Shown here: positions 47,259-56,937 of the stretch, one piece after another
Layout: each line of letters starts with the position of its first letter
Position numbering within the stretch: position 1 is the stretch's first letter
Assembly (NCBI GenBank): GCA_965207735.1
Contig: OZ242296.1
Coordinates: 4,352,001-4,416,000, forward strand
Length of the DNA: 64,000 bases
Direction: 5' to 3'
Source: Candidatus Versatilivorator sp.
Lineage (GTDB): Bacteria; Acidobacteriota; Terriglobia; Versatilivoradales; Versatilivoraceae
Notes under the pieces: model-generated
Databases searched by the model: none
Seen by the model: the letters and a program-made list of their open reading frames with translations, nothing else
What the model was told of the DNA's origin: nothing
Translations under genes and position numbers: made by a program

Positions 47259-48740
47259 TCACAGGTCCATCACCCGGTCCACGTCCGGGTCCAGCTTTGG
47301 GGGCTTGGAGAGGAGGGAGATTCCGAAGAAGAGGGTGAGGGAGACCAGCAGGGCGATGGCTCCGGCGTCGATGCGGAAGGGGATCTGGATATTCAGCAGC
47401 TTGACTCCCAGATTGATGACCAGGCTGGAGATCATGGCGGTGTTGGCGGCCAGGGCGGTGGCCCGCTTCCAATTGAAGCCGATGGTCACCACCGGGACCA
47501 GGGCCGCCGCAAAGGTGCCCCAGCCAAAAGCTCCCAGGATGGCCACCAGGTCGCCGGAATAGACGGCAATCAGGGACGCCGCCAGGGCAATGACCACCGT
47601 GGCCGTTCGGGCCCACAGCAGTTCGTTCTTCAGAGACCGGCCCCGCAGGGATTGGGGAATGTCGTGGACGATGGCGGCCGATCCGATGTTCAGGAAGCCG
47701 TCGGCGGTGGACATGATGGCGGCGAACAGGGCCGCGAAGACCAGGCCGGCCAGCAGCGGATGGGTATAGGCCTGCAGAAATTGGGGCGCCGCGGCATCGA
47801 TCCCGGGCAGTTCGGGATGGCTGCCCGACAGCACCAGAGTTCTCATGGCCAGGCCGATGGCCAGCCAGAGGAGCGCGGTCAGCGAATACCCCACCACCGA
47901 GATGGGCAGGGTGCGCCGCACATCCTCCACCCGCTTGCTCATCATCAGCTTGGTGATCACGTGAGGCTGGCCCGAGGCCCCCAGGGTGAAGAGGAAATAC
48001 CAGGAGAGGCATCCCAGCATTCCCACCGATCCCCAGGGGCTGATGGCTTCCGGGTCGTCGGCCCCAATGGTCAGTGACATGCCGGCAAAGCCGTCCGGAA
48101 CGGCGGTGGTGGCCGCCACCAGCACCAGCAGGGCCGCAATCACCATGATGAAGCCTTGAATCACGTCGGTGTAGACCGAGGCGATGATGCCGCCGGTGAC
48201 GCAGTAGAACACCAGGACCGCGAACGACACGGTCACGCAGGCTTCCAGGCTCAACCGTCCGATCGGTGTATTGGCGATGATGTCCTGCAGGACGGTGGCC
48301 ATGGCCAGAATCTGCGTCCCCAGGTAACCCATCACACCCAACAGGATGGCGAGGGAGGTCAGCAGGCGGGTAAGCCGGCTCTTGTACCGGGCGGCCACCA
48401 CGTCCGGCAGCGACACCGACTCTTTCAGCTCGGCCAGCAGGCGAATGCGCTTCCCCAACAGGTAGAAGGAGATGCAGGTGCCCATGGGGGCACTGATCAC
48501 CATCCACAGGGAGCTCATTCCCATGTGGTAGACCAGCCCCGGCCCGCCCACGAAGCCGAAGCCGCTCATGATGCTGGAAAAGACTGCGAAACCGGTGACG
48601 ATGACCCCCAGGTTCCGGCCGGCCATGAAGAAATCCGCGCTGGACCGGGTCCGCCGAAGCGCCCACAGCCCCACCACTATGCAGATTCCCATGTAGAACA
48701 CCACCGAGAACAGGATGGTGACGCCCCGGTCCGTGTCCAT
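47259..48740 (-). CDS. Sodium:solute symporter (SSS, PutP-like)
   Basis: DFFMAGR.LG, S...SG..F.G.PG, Y...GG..A.V.TD.IQG, GQPH, AA.FAAIMSTAD; about 13 TM helices. Confidence 0.9.
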   Translation of the reverse strand: MDTDRGVTILFSVVFYMGICIVVGLWALRRTRSSADFFMAGRNLGVIVTGFAVFSSIMSGFGFVGGPGLVYHMGMSSLWMVISAPMGTCISFYLLGKRIRLLAELKESVSLPDVVAARYKSRLTRLLTSLAILLGVMGYLGTQILAMATVLQDIIANTPIGRLSLEACVTVSFAVLVFYCVTGGIIASVYTDVIQGFIMVIAALLVLVAATTAVPDGFAGMSLTIGADDPEAISPWGSVGMLGCLSWYFLFTLGASGQPHVITKLMMSKRVEDVRRTLPISVVGYSLTALLWLAIGLAMRTLVLSGSHPELPGIDAAAPQFLQAYTHPLLAGLVFAALFAAIMSTADGFLNIGSAAIVHDIPQSLRGRSLKNELLWARTATVVIALAASLIAVYSGDLVAILGAFGWGTFAAALVPVVTIGFNWKRATALAANTAMISSLVINLGVKLLNIQIPFRIDAGAIALLVSLTLFFGISLLSKPPKLDPDVDRVMDL

Positions 48741-49345
48741 CAGCCATCCTCCTCGGGCGATTCGGGGGCCGTCCGGGTGGAGTTCGCCGCCGGCGCGGCG
48801 TCGACCAGCTCCCGGAAGCTGCGGCTGTCTTCCTTGCGGAACACCCAGTCCTCGAACTTCAAGCTGTATACCAGCACGAAATAGAGGGGAAACGGCCACA
48901 GGACCCAAAGCATGACGGCCGTAGGCGGCGGTAGCGACACCAGGAGCCGGGTGGGATCCTTCAGGTAGTCCTGGTAGGCGAGGATCAGGACCATGAAGAC
49001 GGCCAGGAAGAGGACGCCGCCCAGCAGGAGGGCTCTTCTCTTGGCCCGGGAAGAACCCCTGGCGCCTCGCAGGCCAAAGCCCAGACAGGCGACAAAAAGC
49101 ATCAGCTGCAGAATCCCGAAGGCCGTGCCCAGCCACAGGACCTGAGCATGCCGCTCCCCGGCCCCCCCTTGCCGCATGGTGCTCAGCTGCCCGTGCCCAT
49201 ACCCCTGGCTGTCGGGAGGCTCTTCCCAAAAGAGGGCCACTCCCACCACCAGGCACAAAGCCAGCAGCAGTCCGAAAAGGACCCAGTGCAGGGAGTCGGA
49301 GTCAGTAGGGCGGGTTTTGGTCAAGGGGAAAGCGTGCTCCTTCAC
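48740..49345 (-). CDS. Hypothetical membrane protein (4 TM), translationally coupled to the SSS gene
   Basis: Four hydrophobic segments; its TGA overlaps the symporter ATG (TGATG). Confidence 0.7.
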   Translation of the reverse strand: MKEHAFPLTKTRPTDSDSLHWVLFGLLLALCLVVGVALFWEEPPDSQGYGHGQLSTMRQGGAGERHAQVLWLGTAFGILQLMLFVACLGFGLRGARGSSRAKRRALLLGGVLFLAVFMVLILAYQDYLKDPTRLLVSLPPPTAVMLWVLWPFPLYFVLVYSLKFEDWVFRKEDSRSFRELVDAAPAANSTRTAPESPEEDG

Positions 49346-49372
49346 ACGATTGAGTCTGGTCCTGGCTGGCTG

Positions 49373-49571
49373 TGCCGCTGATTTCCACTTACGGGGCGCC
49401 GCGTTACCCCCCTCCGGATCGACTGCGGGCTGCGCCCTTGTCTCTCCGACTCCCCCTCAAGGGGGGAGTGATAATTGAGGCCTGCATAAGACGCTTCTAT
49501 CACTCCCCCCTTGAGGGGGAGTCGCAGAAGCCGAGCCGAATGGCGAAGGCTGATGCGGTGGGGGGCCAACG
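49373..49571. repeat. REP-like palindromic element, family A
   Basis: ACTCCCCCTCAAGGGGGGAGTGA followed by the inverted TCACTCCCCCCTTGAGGGGGAGTCGCAGAAG...GGCGAAGGCTGATGCGGTGGGGGG. Confidence 0.85.
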
Positions 49572-49620
49572 CCGGGCTACCAGATGCGGCCGTCGCCACG
49601 CCAAGTCGCTTCTACCCCGC

Positions 49621-50394
49621 TCAGATCATTCGCTCCACGTTGCCGCAGACGCTTAGGGCTTGACCCGTGATCGCGGATCCCGCCTTGGAACAGAGGAAGA
49701 GGGCCATGTTGGCGATCTCGTCGGGGTTCACCATTCTGCGAAGCGAGACCTGCCTCAGGTGTTCCGCCTCCAGTTCCTCATAGGGTTTTTGGATAGCCGC
49801 CGCCTTGGCGGTGATGACCGAGCGGATGCGGTCGCCCTCCACCATTCCGGGCAGCAGGGCATTCACCCGAATCCCGTGAGGCCCCACCTCCATGGCCAGG
49901 CTCTGAGTGAAGCCCACCACGGCCCACTTGGAGGCGGCGTAGGGGGTTCGCATGGGATACCCCAGCCGGCCGGCCACCGAGGAAAGGTTGATGATCGAGC
50001 CGCCTCCCGCCTGCTTCAGCAGGGGCACCGCCAACCGGGCGCAAAGGAACTGGCCGGTGATGTTGACGTCCAGAGTCCGGCTCCAGTCCTCCGGGCTCAC
50101 CTGCTCCACCGGCGCGGTGGGGCCGGCAATGCCGGCATTGTTGATCAGCACGTCCAGTCCGCCCATATGGGCCGCCAGGTCCCCAAAGACCCGCTCCACG
50201 TCGGCGGGAATGGCCACGTCGGCCCGGGTGAAGCCCACTCCCGGAAGCTCCTGGAACAGATCCGCGGCCCGGTCCCCGGAAACATCGCACACGTGCACCC
50301 TGGCTCCCTCCCCCAGGAAGGCAGCCGCAATCCTGCGCCCGATGCCGGAAGCTCCGGCCGTTACCAGCACTCGTGTTCCCTCTCGAATCTTCAT
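49621..50394 (-). CDS. SDR family oxidoreductase
   Basis: VLVTAGASGIG, LDVLINNAG, NLSS, Y..SK (PYAASKW), GIRVNA..PG, ITGQ...V.G. Confidence 0.92.
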   Translation of the reverse strand: MKIREGTRVLVTAGASGIGRRIAAAFLGEGARVHVCDVSGDRAADLFQELPGVGFTRADVAIPADVERVFGDLAAHMGGLDVLINNAGIAGPTAPVEQVSPEDWSRTLDVNITGQFLCARLAVPLLKQAGGGSIINLSSVAGRLGYPMRTPYAASKWAVVGFTQSLAMEVGPHGIRVNALLPGMVEGDRIRSVITAKAAAIQKPYEELEAEHLRQVSLRRMVNPDEIANMALFLCSKAGSAITGQALSVCGNVERMI

Positions 50395-50453
50395 GGTTCG
50401 CTCGTTGGTTGTTTGCTGAGCCTCTGCCCGCGGTTTGCGTCGGGGGGCTCCGA

Positions 50454-51392
50454 TCACCCGTGGAACAACCGCAGCAACGCCAGAAAGCGGCGGTCTCGCT
50501 CCGACACCTTCGCCTGTGCCGTCTCCGGGGTGTAGTGGTAGATCCCCTCTCCGCTCTTGACTCCGAAACGGCCCGACCGGACGGCGTCTGCCAGTACCGC
50601 CGGAAGCTGCCGGTCGGATCGGACATCCGTCACCAGGTTCTCGAACACGCTGGCGGTGACGTCCAGGCCCGCGAAGTCGATGACCTCCAGCGGGCCGATG
50701 GCCGCCAAGCGAAAACCGATGGTGCTCTTCACCGCCCGATCGATCTCCTCGGGGTCCGCCACGCCCCGGTCCAGCAGGTCCAGGATCTCCCTGAGCATGG
50801 CAATCTGGATGCGGTTGACCAGAAATCCGGGAACTTCCTTCTTCAGTTGTACCGGGGATTTCCCGACCTGTCGCAGCACGGCCAGGGTCGCTTCGACGGC
50901 CTCGGTCCCGGTTTTCTCTCCCGGAACCACCTCCACCAGCGGCACGATGTGGGGCGGATTGAACCAGTGGGTGATCAGGGCCCGCTGGGGACGGCTCAGA
51001 TCCCCGGCAAGCTCGGAGATGGGGAAACTGGAGGTGTTACTGGCCAGGATGGTCTCGGCTGAAACCCGGGACTCCACCCGGCTGAACAGCCGGCGCTTGA
51101 CCTCCAGGTCCTCGGCAACCGCCTCCACCACCAACTCGGCCCCCTCAACCGCTTGGGCTTCGGTCTCACAGACGCGGAAACGGGCCAGCGCCGGTACAAT
51201 GGCCGCCTCTTCCCCGAAACCGGCTTGGGCAGCCGTCCTCAGGTTTTGCTCGATCCGGCCGGCCACCGATCCTCGCACCTCCGGGGACTGGTCGTAGCCG
51301 CTGACCCGGCAGCCCCCCAACGCAAAGGCCTGGGCGATACCATGACCCATGGTTCCCAGCCCCAGCACCGCGATATTTCCGATAGTGGACAA
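50454..51392 (-). CDS. 3-hydroxyacyl-CoA dehydrogenase family protein
   Basis: GLGTMGHGIA, EAV.EDL.VK, LASNTSS, HWFNPP..VPLVEV, PGF..NR.Q, G.KSG.G.Y.Y; GAGGAG RBS before TTG. Confidence 0.9.
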   Translation of the reverse strand: MSTIGNIAVLGLGTMGHGIAQAFALGGCRVSGYDQSPEVRGSVAGRIEQNLRTAAQAGFGEEAAIVPALARFRVCETEAQAVEGAELVVEAVAEDLEVKRRLFSRVESRVSAETILASNTSSFPISELAGDLSRPQRALITHWFNPPHIVPLVEVVPGEKTGTEAVEATLAVLRQVGKSPVQLKKEVPGFLVNRIQIAMLREILDLLDRGVADPEEIDRAVKSTIGFRLAAIGPLEVIDFAGLDVTASVFENLVTDVRSDRQLPAVLADAVRSGRFGVKSGEGIYHYTPETAQAKVSERDRRFLALLRLFHG

Positions 51393-51405
51393 AGGTCGGT
51401 TCTCC

Positions 51406-53070
51406 TCACCCCCAGGGATCGGGAGCCAGGGCCTCCATGTCGGTGACCGCATCCAGCACCACCGGGCGGTCGGCCTGCAGCGCCTCCTCCAGGGCGGGGA
51501 CCACCCCCTCGGGCTGCTCCACCCGGATGCCCCGGCAGCCCAGGGACTCGGCCATGGCCGCGATGTTCAGGTCCCGGAACTGCCACATCTCCAAACCCTG
51601 GCGCTGCACCCCTCCGTAGGCGCTGGCGAATATCTCGGTCTCCTGATTGAGGGAACGGTTGTCGTTTACCACGATCACGGGATGGATGCCGTAGCGGAGG
51701 GCCGTCTCCAACTCCGACAGGTGGTAGTAGAAGCCGCCGTCGCCGGTGAAGCAGACCACCGGCCGTTGGGGCGCGGCGCACTTGGCCCCGATGGCCGCCG
51801 GCAGGCCCCAGCCCAGCGATCCGGCAGCCCGTATATAGCTCTGGCCGGGGTGGTGCAACTCGATGTGGGTCCCCGACCAGATCCCCGAGTGGCCGGTATC
51901 CGACACCAGGATCGCGTCCGGCGGCAAGGCCGATTCTATTTCCTTGCAGAGGCGCTCCGGGCGCATGGGCACCGCCGGCGAAGACCGCAGGGGAGCTACC
52001 TCCGAACGCCATTCGGCCACCACCTGCTCCACCCGCGAGAGCCACTCGGAGTTGGGCGGCCGCGAGGCCAGGGCCGCATTCAACTCCTGCAGCCCGACCT
52101 TGGCATCGCCCCACAAGCTGCACAGGTTGGGGTAGTTGCGGCCCAGTTCCCCGGGTTCGATGTCCAGTTGAAGGACGGGAGTCCCCTTGGGCGGAATGCG
52201 CCAACTGTTGGTGACCTGCCCCCCGGTGCGGCTGCCGATGAAAAAGACAAGGTCGGCCTCGGACACCAGCCGGTTGGCGCAGTCGCGGGAATAGGAGCCT
52301 ACCACTCCGATGGACAGGGAGTGGTTTTCCGGAAGGGTCCCCTTGGCGTTCAGAGAGGTCGCCACCGGGATGGAGAGCTTTTCCGCCAACTGCCTCACTT
52401 CGGCCTGGGCTCCGGAAAGGGTAACTCCTCCGCCGGCGACAATGACCGGCCGGCGGCTTCGGCTCAACAGTTCGGCCGCCCGCTGCAAGCTGTCGGGCTC
52501 CGGTCGAGGGCGGATGGCGGGATATCGAGCGAACTGGGGCTCGAAGACGGCGTCCAGATCAGCCTCTCCCTCGATGGCCTGACCGAAGTTGCCCGCGATC
52601 TCCAGGTGAACCGGAGCCGGGCATCCGGTGGTGGCTTCCCGGAAAGCCTGGCGGAGGAGGTCGGGCAGGCGCTGGGGCAGATCCACCTGGACGTTGAACT
52701 TGCTCAAGGGCTCGAACAGGGGAAAATCATCCACCTCCTGGTAGACGCCGCGGTGCTTGCTCTCGGGAAGCCGGCCACCGTTGACGGCAATGACCGGAGC
52801 GCAGGCCAGATAGGGGTCTCGCAGCCCTGCCGCCAGGTTGGCGGCGCCGATGGTCTGGGCCATGGCCACCCCGGGCCTGCCCGAGATGCGGGCGTAGCCG
52901 TCGGCCATGTAGACGGCCGCCTTCTCGCTGTGGGCCGTCACCCGCACGATATCGAGGCTTTCCATCTCGGCCAGGGCCGGTGTCAGGATGGTGGGGACCA
53001 GAAAGACGTGGGTGACTCCATAGGCCTGCATGGCCTCGGCAAAGTAGCGGGATCCCGTCATGGGTGGCAT
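51406..53070 (-). CDS. Thiamine pyrophosphate-binding enzyme (acetolactate synthase-like)
   Basis: H.E..A.YMADGYAR.SGRPGV, PVHLEI, RPVIVAGGG, GSLGWGLPAAIGAK, TPP motif GDGGF...ELETA.RY......V.ND. Confidence 0.9.
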   Translation of the reverse strand: MPPMTGSRYFAEAMQAYGVTHVFLVPTILTPALAEMESLDIVRVTAHSEKAAVYMADGYARISGRPGVAMAQTIGAANLAAGLRDPYLACAPVIAVNGGRLPESKHRGVYQEVDDFPLFEPLSKFNVQVDLPQRLPDLLRQAFREATTGCPAPVHLEIAGNFGQAIEGEADLDAVFEPQFARYPAIRPRPEPDSLQRAAELLSRSRRPVIVAGGGVTLSGAQAEVRQLAEKLSIPVATSLNAKGTLPENHSLSIGVVGSYSRDCANRLVSEADLVFFIGSRTGGQVTNSWRIPPKGTPVLQLDIEPGELGRNYPNLCSLWGDAKVGLQELNAALASRPPNSEWLSRVEQVVAEWRSEVAPLRSSPAVPMRPERLCKEIESALPPDAILVSDTGHSGIWSGTHIELHHPGQSYIRAAGSLGWGLPAAIGAKCAAPQRPVVCFTGDGGFYYHLSELETALRYGIHPVIVVNDNRSLNQETEIFASAYGGVQRQGLEMWQFRDLNIAAMAESLGCRGIRVEQPEGVVPALEEALQADRPVVLDAVTDMEALAPDPWG

Positions 53071-53194
53071 GGGTGTCCTTCAGGTCGGGCTTGACGGCTG
53101 GCAACGCTGGCGCGAATATTACTCTGCACTGCCTCTCGACACAACCCCGTTGCGGAGGTTGAAACAGCAGAAAGGCACAGGTCAGGAGCAATCG

Positions 53195-54160
53195 ATGCAT
53201 GGCAAGCCGCCCGACCGCCGGGATTTTCTTCGGAATTCATTCCAACTCATGCTGCTGGGCGCAGGCTGGAGCTGCGCCTCCCGGGAGGGCGGCGGCAAGA
53301 AGCCATCCGGGCAGGCGGATGGCAAGGAGGCTCGCATGAAACTATCGCTGTCGGCCCGGGTTGCGGAGAGCTTTTCCAACAAGGAAGAGGCCTCGCTGAA
53401 CCTGGAGGAACTCATCGACCTGGCCCGGAACCACGGGTATCGGGCCCTCTGCATGCGGGCCTCTCAGGCGGGCATTCATTCGCCGCCCGAACAAGTGGCC
53501 CGCATGAGCCGCCGGATCGAGGAGGCCGGCCTCCGGGTCTCCATGGTCACCGGAGACTTCGCCGTGCCCCGCAACGACGAGCTGGGGCCGGCCGGCCTCC
53601 GCAACATCGCGCCCTTCCTGGACCTGGCGGAAACCTTTGGAGCCGACCTGATCCGAATCTGCATGAAGAAGGAGGAGGACATTCCCTGGGCCCAAACGGC
53701 TTCCGACACCGCCGCCGAGCGAGGCATCCGCCTGGCCCACCAGTCCCACTGCTCCAGCCTGTTCGAAACCGTAGAGGGCTCCCTCCGGGTGCTGGAAAAG
53801 GTGGACCGCCCCAACTTCGGGATCATTTACGAACCCGCCAACTGGATGATTGCGGGAGAAGACTACGGCAGCGAGACCATCAAGAGATTGGGGCCTCACC
53901 TTTTCAACGTCTACGTCCAGAATCACCGCCTCAATCCCCAGGGAGAGGGGGTGGTCCAAACCTGGAATCGCGGCCCGGTCCGACTGGACCACATCGGCCT
54001 GTGGGAGTCGGGAGGGGTCAATTTCGAAGAGGTCTTCCAGGGCCTGGAGGACATCCAATACCGGGGCTATGTCACCATCCACCAAGCCTTTGCAGGCATC
54101 ATGTCGGTGGCCGCCGCCGCCCGCCGCAGCGCGACGTTCCTTGAACCCTGGATGGAGTGA
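53195..54160 (+). CDS. Xylose-isomerase-like TIM barrel (sugar phosphate isomerase/epimerase)
   Basis: DRRDFL Tat-like N-terminus; LDLAE.FGA..IR, L.HQ.H, V..PN.G...EP.N, G.V.F......L..I.Y.GYVT. Confidence 0.8.
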   Translation: MHGKPPDRRDFLRNSFQLMLLGAGWSCASREGGGKKPSGQADGKEARMKLSLSARVAESFSNKEEASLNLEELIDLARNHGYRALCMRASQAGIHSPPEQVARMSRRIEEAGLRVSMVTGDFAVPRNDELGPAGLRNIAPFLDLAETFGADLIRICMKKEEDIPWAQTASDTAAERGIRLAHQSHCSSLFETVEGSLRVLEKVDRPNFGIIYEPANWMIAGEDYGSETIKRLGPHLFNVYVQNHRLNPQGEGVVQTWNRGPVRLDHIGLWESGGVNFEEVFQGLEDIQYRGYVTIHQAFAGIMSVAAAARRSATFLEPWME

Positions 54161-54184
54161 AAGAGGAATCGTAGTTGGGGTACG

Positions 54185-54448
54185 TCAGAGGAGATCTTGG
54201 GGCTTGGTAGCCGGATCTGCGATATTCGGGAAGTCCTCGTCCAAGGACCTCAAACGGGACAAGACCTCGCCAAGTGACGGAAGTTCTTGGACAGGCACGA
54301 CCACCAGACGGTCCTCTTCCCTGCTTATCAATACTTCGTCTGTGCTCAGTTCAAACTCTTTCGGGATTCTTAGAGCCTGATTGTGGCCACTGCGAAACAG
54401 CCGCGCACGGCGAGTCCGACTCGGCATGTTCGGTTTTCCTTTCGGCAT
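54185..54448 (-). CDS. vapB: VapB/VagC-type antitoxin (AbrB/MazE fold)
   Basis: ARLFRSG.NQALRIPKEFEL...EV.I.RE..RLVV.P is the typical VagC/VapB N-terminus. Confidence 0.8.
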   Translation of the reverse strand: MPKGKPNMPSRTRRARLFRSGHNQALRIPKEFELSTDEVLISREEDRLVVVPVQELPSLGEVLSRLRSLDEDFPNIADPATKPQDLL

Positions 54449-54479
54449 ATGCTAAATCAGTTCCAGGGGAAATTGCTGC

Positions 54480-54560
54480 CGCCGCCTTCGCGGCTCGGGC
54501 TTTCGTCGCATCCTTTTCCATGGGCTTACGCCCACGGCTACCTGCTGCCGCCGCCGCAAC
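54480..54560. repeat. REP-like element, family B
   Basis: CGCCGCCTTCGCGGCT...CCATGGGCTTACGCCCACGGCTACCTGCTG; inverted relative at 56774-56860 and a partial direct copy at 56617-56632. Confidence 0.65.
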
Positions 54561-54778
54561 GTCCCTACAAAATCCAGTGATGTCTATCGTCGTCCAGTAG
54601 AGTCCATAACCATATTATTTATGAGTGTCTTATCCCAGTTATACTGTGGGTTGACTTGCTACCAACGTCCCCTGTAATCCATTGCCATCCCCCATAATAT
54701 GGGGGGATAGATACTGTAACGGACTTCGCTCCTGCCCGACCTAAGACCAAACCCACCGACTGCCACCCCAGCAACGCC

Positions 54779-55300
54779 CTCTCGGCTGCCTTCCTGCGCT
54801 CCGCTCCGCCCGGAAGATACGCCGATGGAAACGGATTGTACCTCTTCGTCCAGCCCAGCGGAACCCGCAGTTGGATTCAACGCCTGGTCGTCCGTGGCCG
54901 AGCGTCGGAGATTCTCGAAGCGGCACGGACCCTGGGCGAAGGAGCCGGTCCTCTGGTGTTCACCCGTGGGCAACGGAAGCCGCTCAATGACAAGGAGCTG
55001 CGGTGGCTGGTCCGCGAGCAGGGGATTGCGGCCGTGCCGCACGGGTTCAGATCCAGCTTCCGGGACTGGGCGGCCGAAGAGACGGATCATCCCCGGGAGG
55101 TGGTCGAGGCGGCCCTGGCGCATGTGGTCCGGAACCGGATCGAGGCGGCCTATGCCCGCTCGGACCTGTTCGAGCGCCGGCGTGTCCTGATGGACGACTG
55201 GGCGCGTTACCTGGCCCAGGGGATCGGTTGCCCGGGGCAAACCAGGGTGAGAGCCAGGCTCCAAGTTCCCTGCAGAGGAAGAAGGGAGCGGCGGGGATGA
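54779..55300 (+). pseudogene. P4-like tyrosine integrase remnant with internal deletion
   Basis: Arm-binding segment LSAAFLRSAPPGRYADGNGLYLFVQPSGTRSWIQRL..RGR joins in frame to the C-terminal PHGFRSSFRDWAAE...EAALAH....EAAYARSDLFERRR.LM..WA. No start codon upstream of the arm segment; core-binding domain missing. Confidence 0.85.
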
Positions 55301-55415
55301 TGGGGGGCAAGGGGGAGTTCCCCCCGGTCGGGGGTTCGAAGGGGCGGGAGCCCCTCGCCAGCGCCAATGTACTACATTGGGTAGGCTGGCTCCCCGGCAC
55401 TACGCGTTGCGGCGC

Positions 55416-56243
55416 CGGCCTCGCTGTCCCCGCCTCGCCCGGCGCGTCGGCGCGCCACACGAGACGGGTGCTGGCGGTGAGAGCGCCCTTTTTCGGCGCT
55501 GGCGCGCCACGGAGGAGGGCAAAGGTGGCCAGGGGTCCGGACACCCTTTGCCCCCGCGCGGAGGTCGCTCTCTCCGCATGGCGACCCCAGGACCGCTGAG
55601 CGAGCCGGCCATTCCGGTTTCCCCACAGGCGGCGGTCCCTGCGGTCCCTGAGACGGAAATCGGTCCAGGAGGCGTTCCGGGGTGTCCTGATATGCCAGGG
55701 AGTGAGAAAGCCCAGCCAGCCCCCCGCAAAGCTCGCGGATTCAGGGGTCAGGACACGATCGAACGCCATGGCGGCCTCGGTGTCGTCATGGAGAAGATCG
55801 ACCAATGGGAGCAGGAAGACCCGGCCTCCAACGGCCGCGACATGATCGACGATTTCCGCCTCCGGGGGTCAAGGACGTGGCGTCGTAGGGGTGTCCACCT
55901 TTCAGACGGGGGGGTGGACATCCAAGGTGGACATGATTTCGACCACCCCAACGCTCCTCTCTCAGAGGGCGGAGTCCTCGCCGTCGTGGTCCAGGTTGTG
56001 CCCGGAAACCCGCATTGGAAGCGGGTTGGCACGGATTCCCCGCGTCCGCTGCGGAAAAGCGAAGCGAGGCTGCGCCTCGCGCGTCCCCCCCTCGCCCGGC
56101 GGGGTGGCGCGCCGCACGAGAGGGGAGGAAGTGGAGGGAGCGACCCCCTCATTTTTGCCGCTGGTGCGCCACGAGCGGGTGGAAAGGTGGCCAGGCCTCT
56201 GGCCACCCTTCCGCCCCTCGTTTTCGGGGGTCGCTCCCTCCAC
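55416..56243. repeat. Two diverged copies of a ~165-nt structured element (55416-55577 and 56073-56243)
   Basis: Shared order GCCTCGC..TCCCC..CTCGCCCGGC...GGCGCGCC.CACGAGA.GG...GAGCG.CC...GCTGG.GCGCCACG...AAAGGTGGCCAGG...CACCCTT...GGTCGCTC, with internal inverted repeats. Confidence 0.75.
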
Positions 56244-56937
56244 AGTGATCCCTGGCGGGAAGGCCTCCAGCGCCTTGTCATCCAGCGGCACCTCAACGTC
56301 GGCTCCCGGTTGCGCGGCCTCGTCTATGAAGCCCTCGAAGAACAGAAGACCACAGATGGCCAAAGGCCGAGAAGGGCAAGGCTGGAGGATGCTCACAACC
56401 CGACATCTCCGGACTGCAGCACCGGCAGCTTGCCACCCCGCTCGACGTTCCCGGACGCAGAGTCTCGGGGGTTGCAACATCGTAAGACCTGTCCACCAAC
56501 GTCCTGAATAGTCCAGTGGATTCCCGTTCAAATAGAGGGATATAATGAGGGGATTACAACAGGACAAACCACAGTAAGTCTATTATAATGAGCAGTTACA
56601 AGTTTTCTGATGTAGTCGCCGCCTTCGCGGCTTTCTGGAACCCCAGGCCGGTGCCGCGGGGATCATCACTTGAATTCCTGTCTGCCGGCAGTGTTTTGCT
56701 GTAAGGGATAGCGGTGAAGCCGCGGTTGACTTAGGTCGGTTGAGGAAACGCCTCGTACAGGTCTTCCTTATAGAGCGGCGCAGCCGCGCCAGCAGGTAGC
56801 CCCGGGCGTGAGCCCGGGGTCGTTTGAACCCGGCGCTACCGTAGCCGCGTAGGCGGCGAGTTAGGAGCGTCCTTACCAGGACTCAGTGCCTCTTAAAAAA
56901 ACACCAAACAGTTACGGCTTCTCAAGAGGTCGCCCTC

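Noticed and set aside
55377-56507. 376-aa and overlapping ORFs in the integrase remnant region
   Set aside because: Low-complexity Arg/Gly/Pro composition crossing structured repeats; no recognisable domain.
54560-56640. tRNA or tmRNA attachment site for the integrase
   Set aside because: No cloverleaf or T-loop/CCA pattern found near either border.
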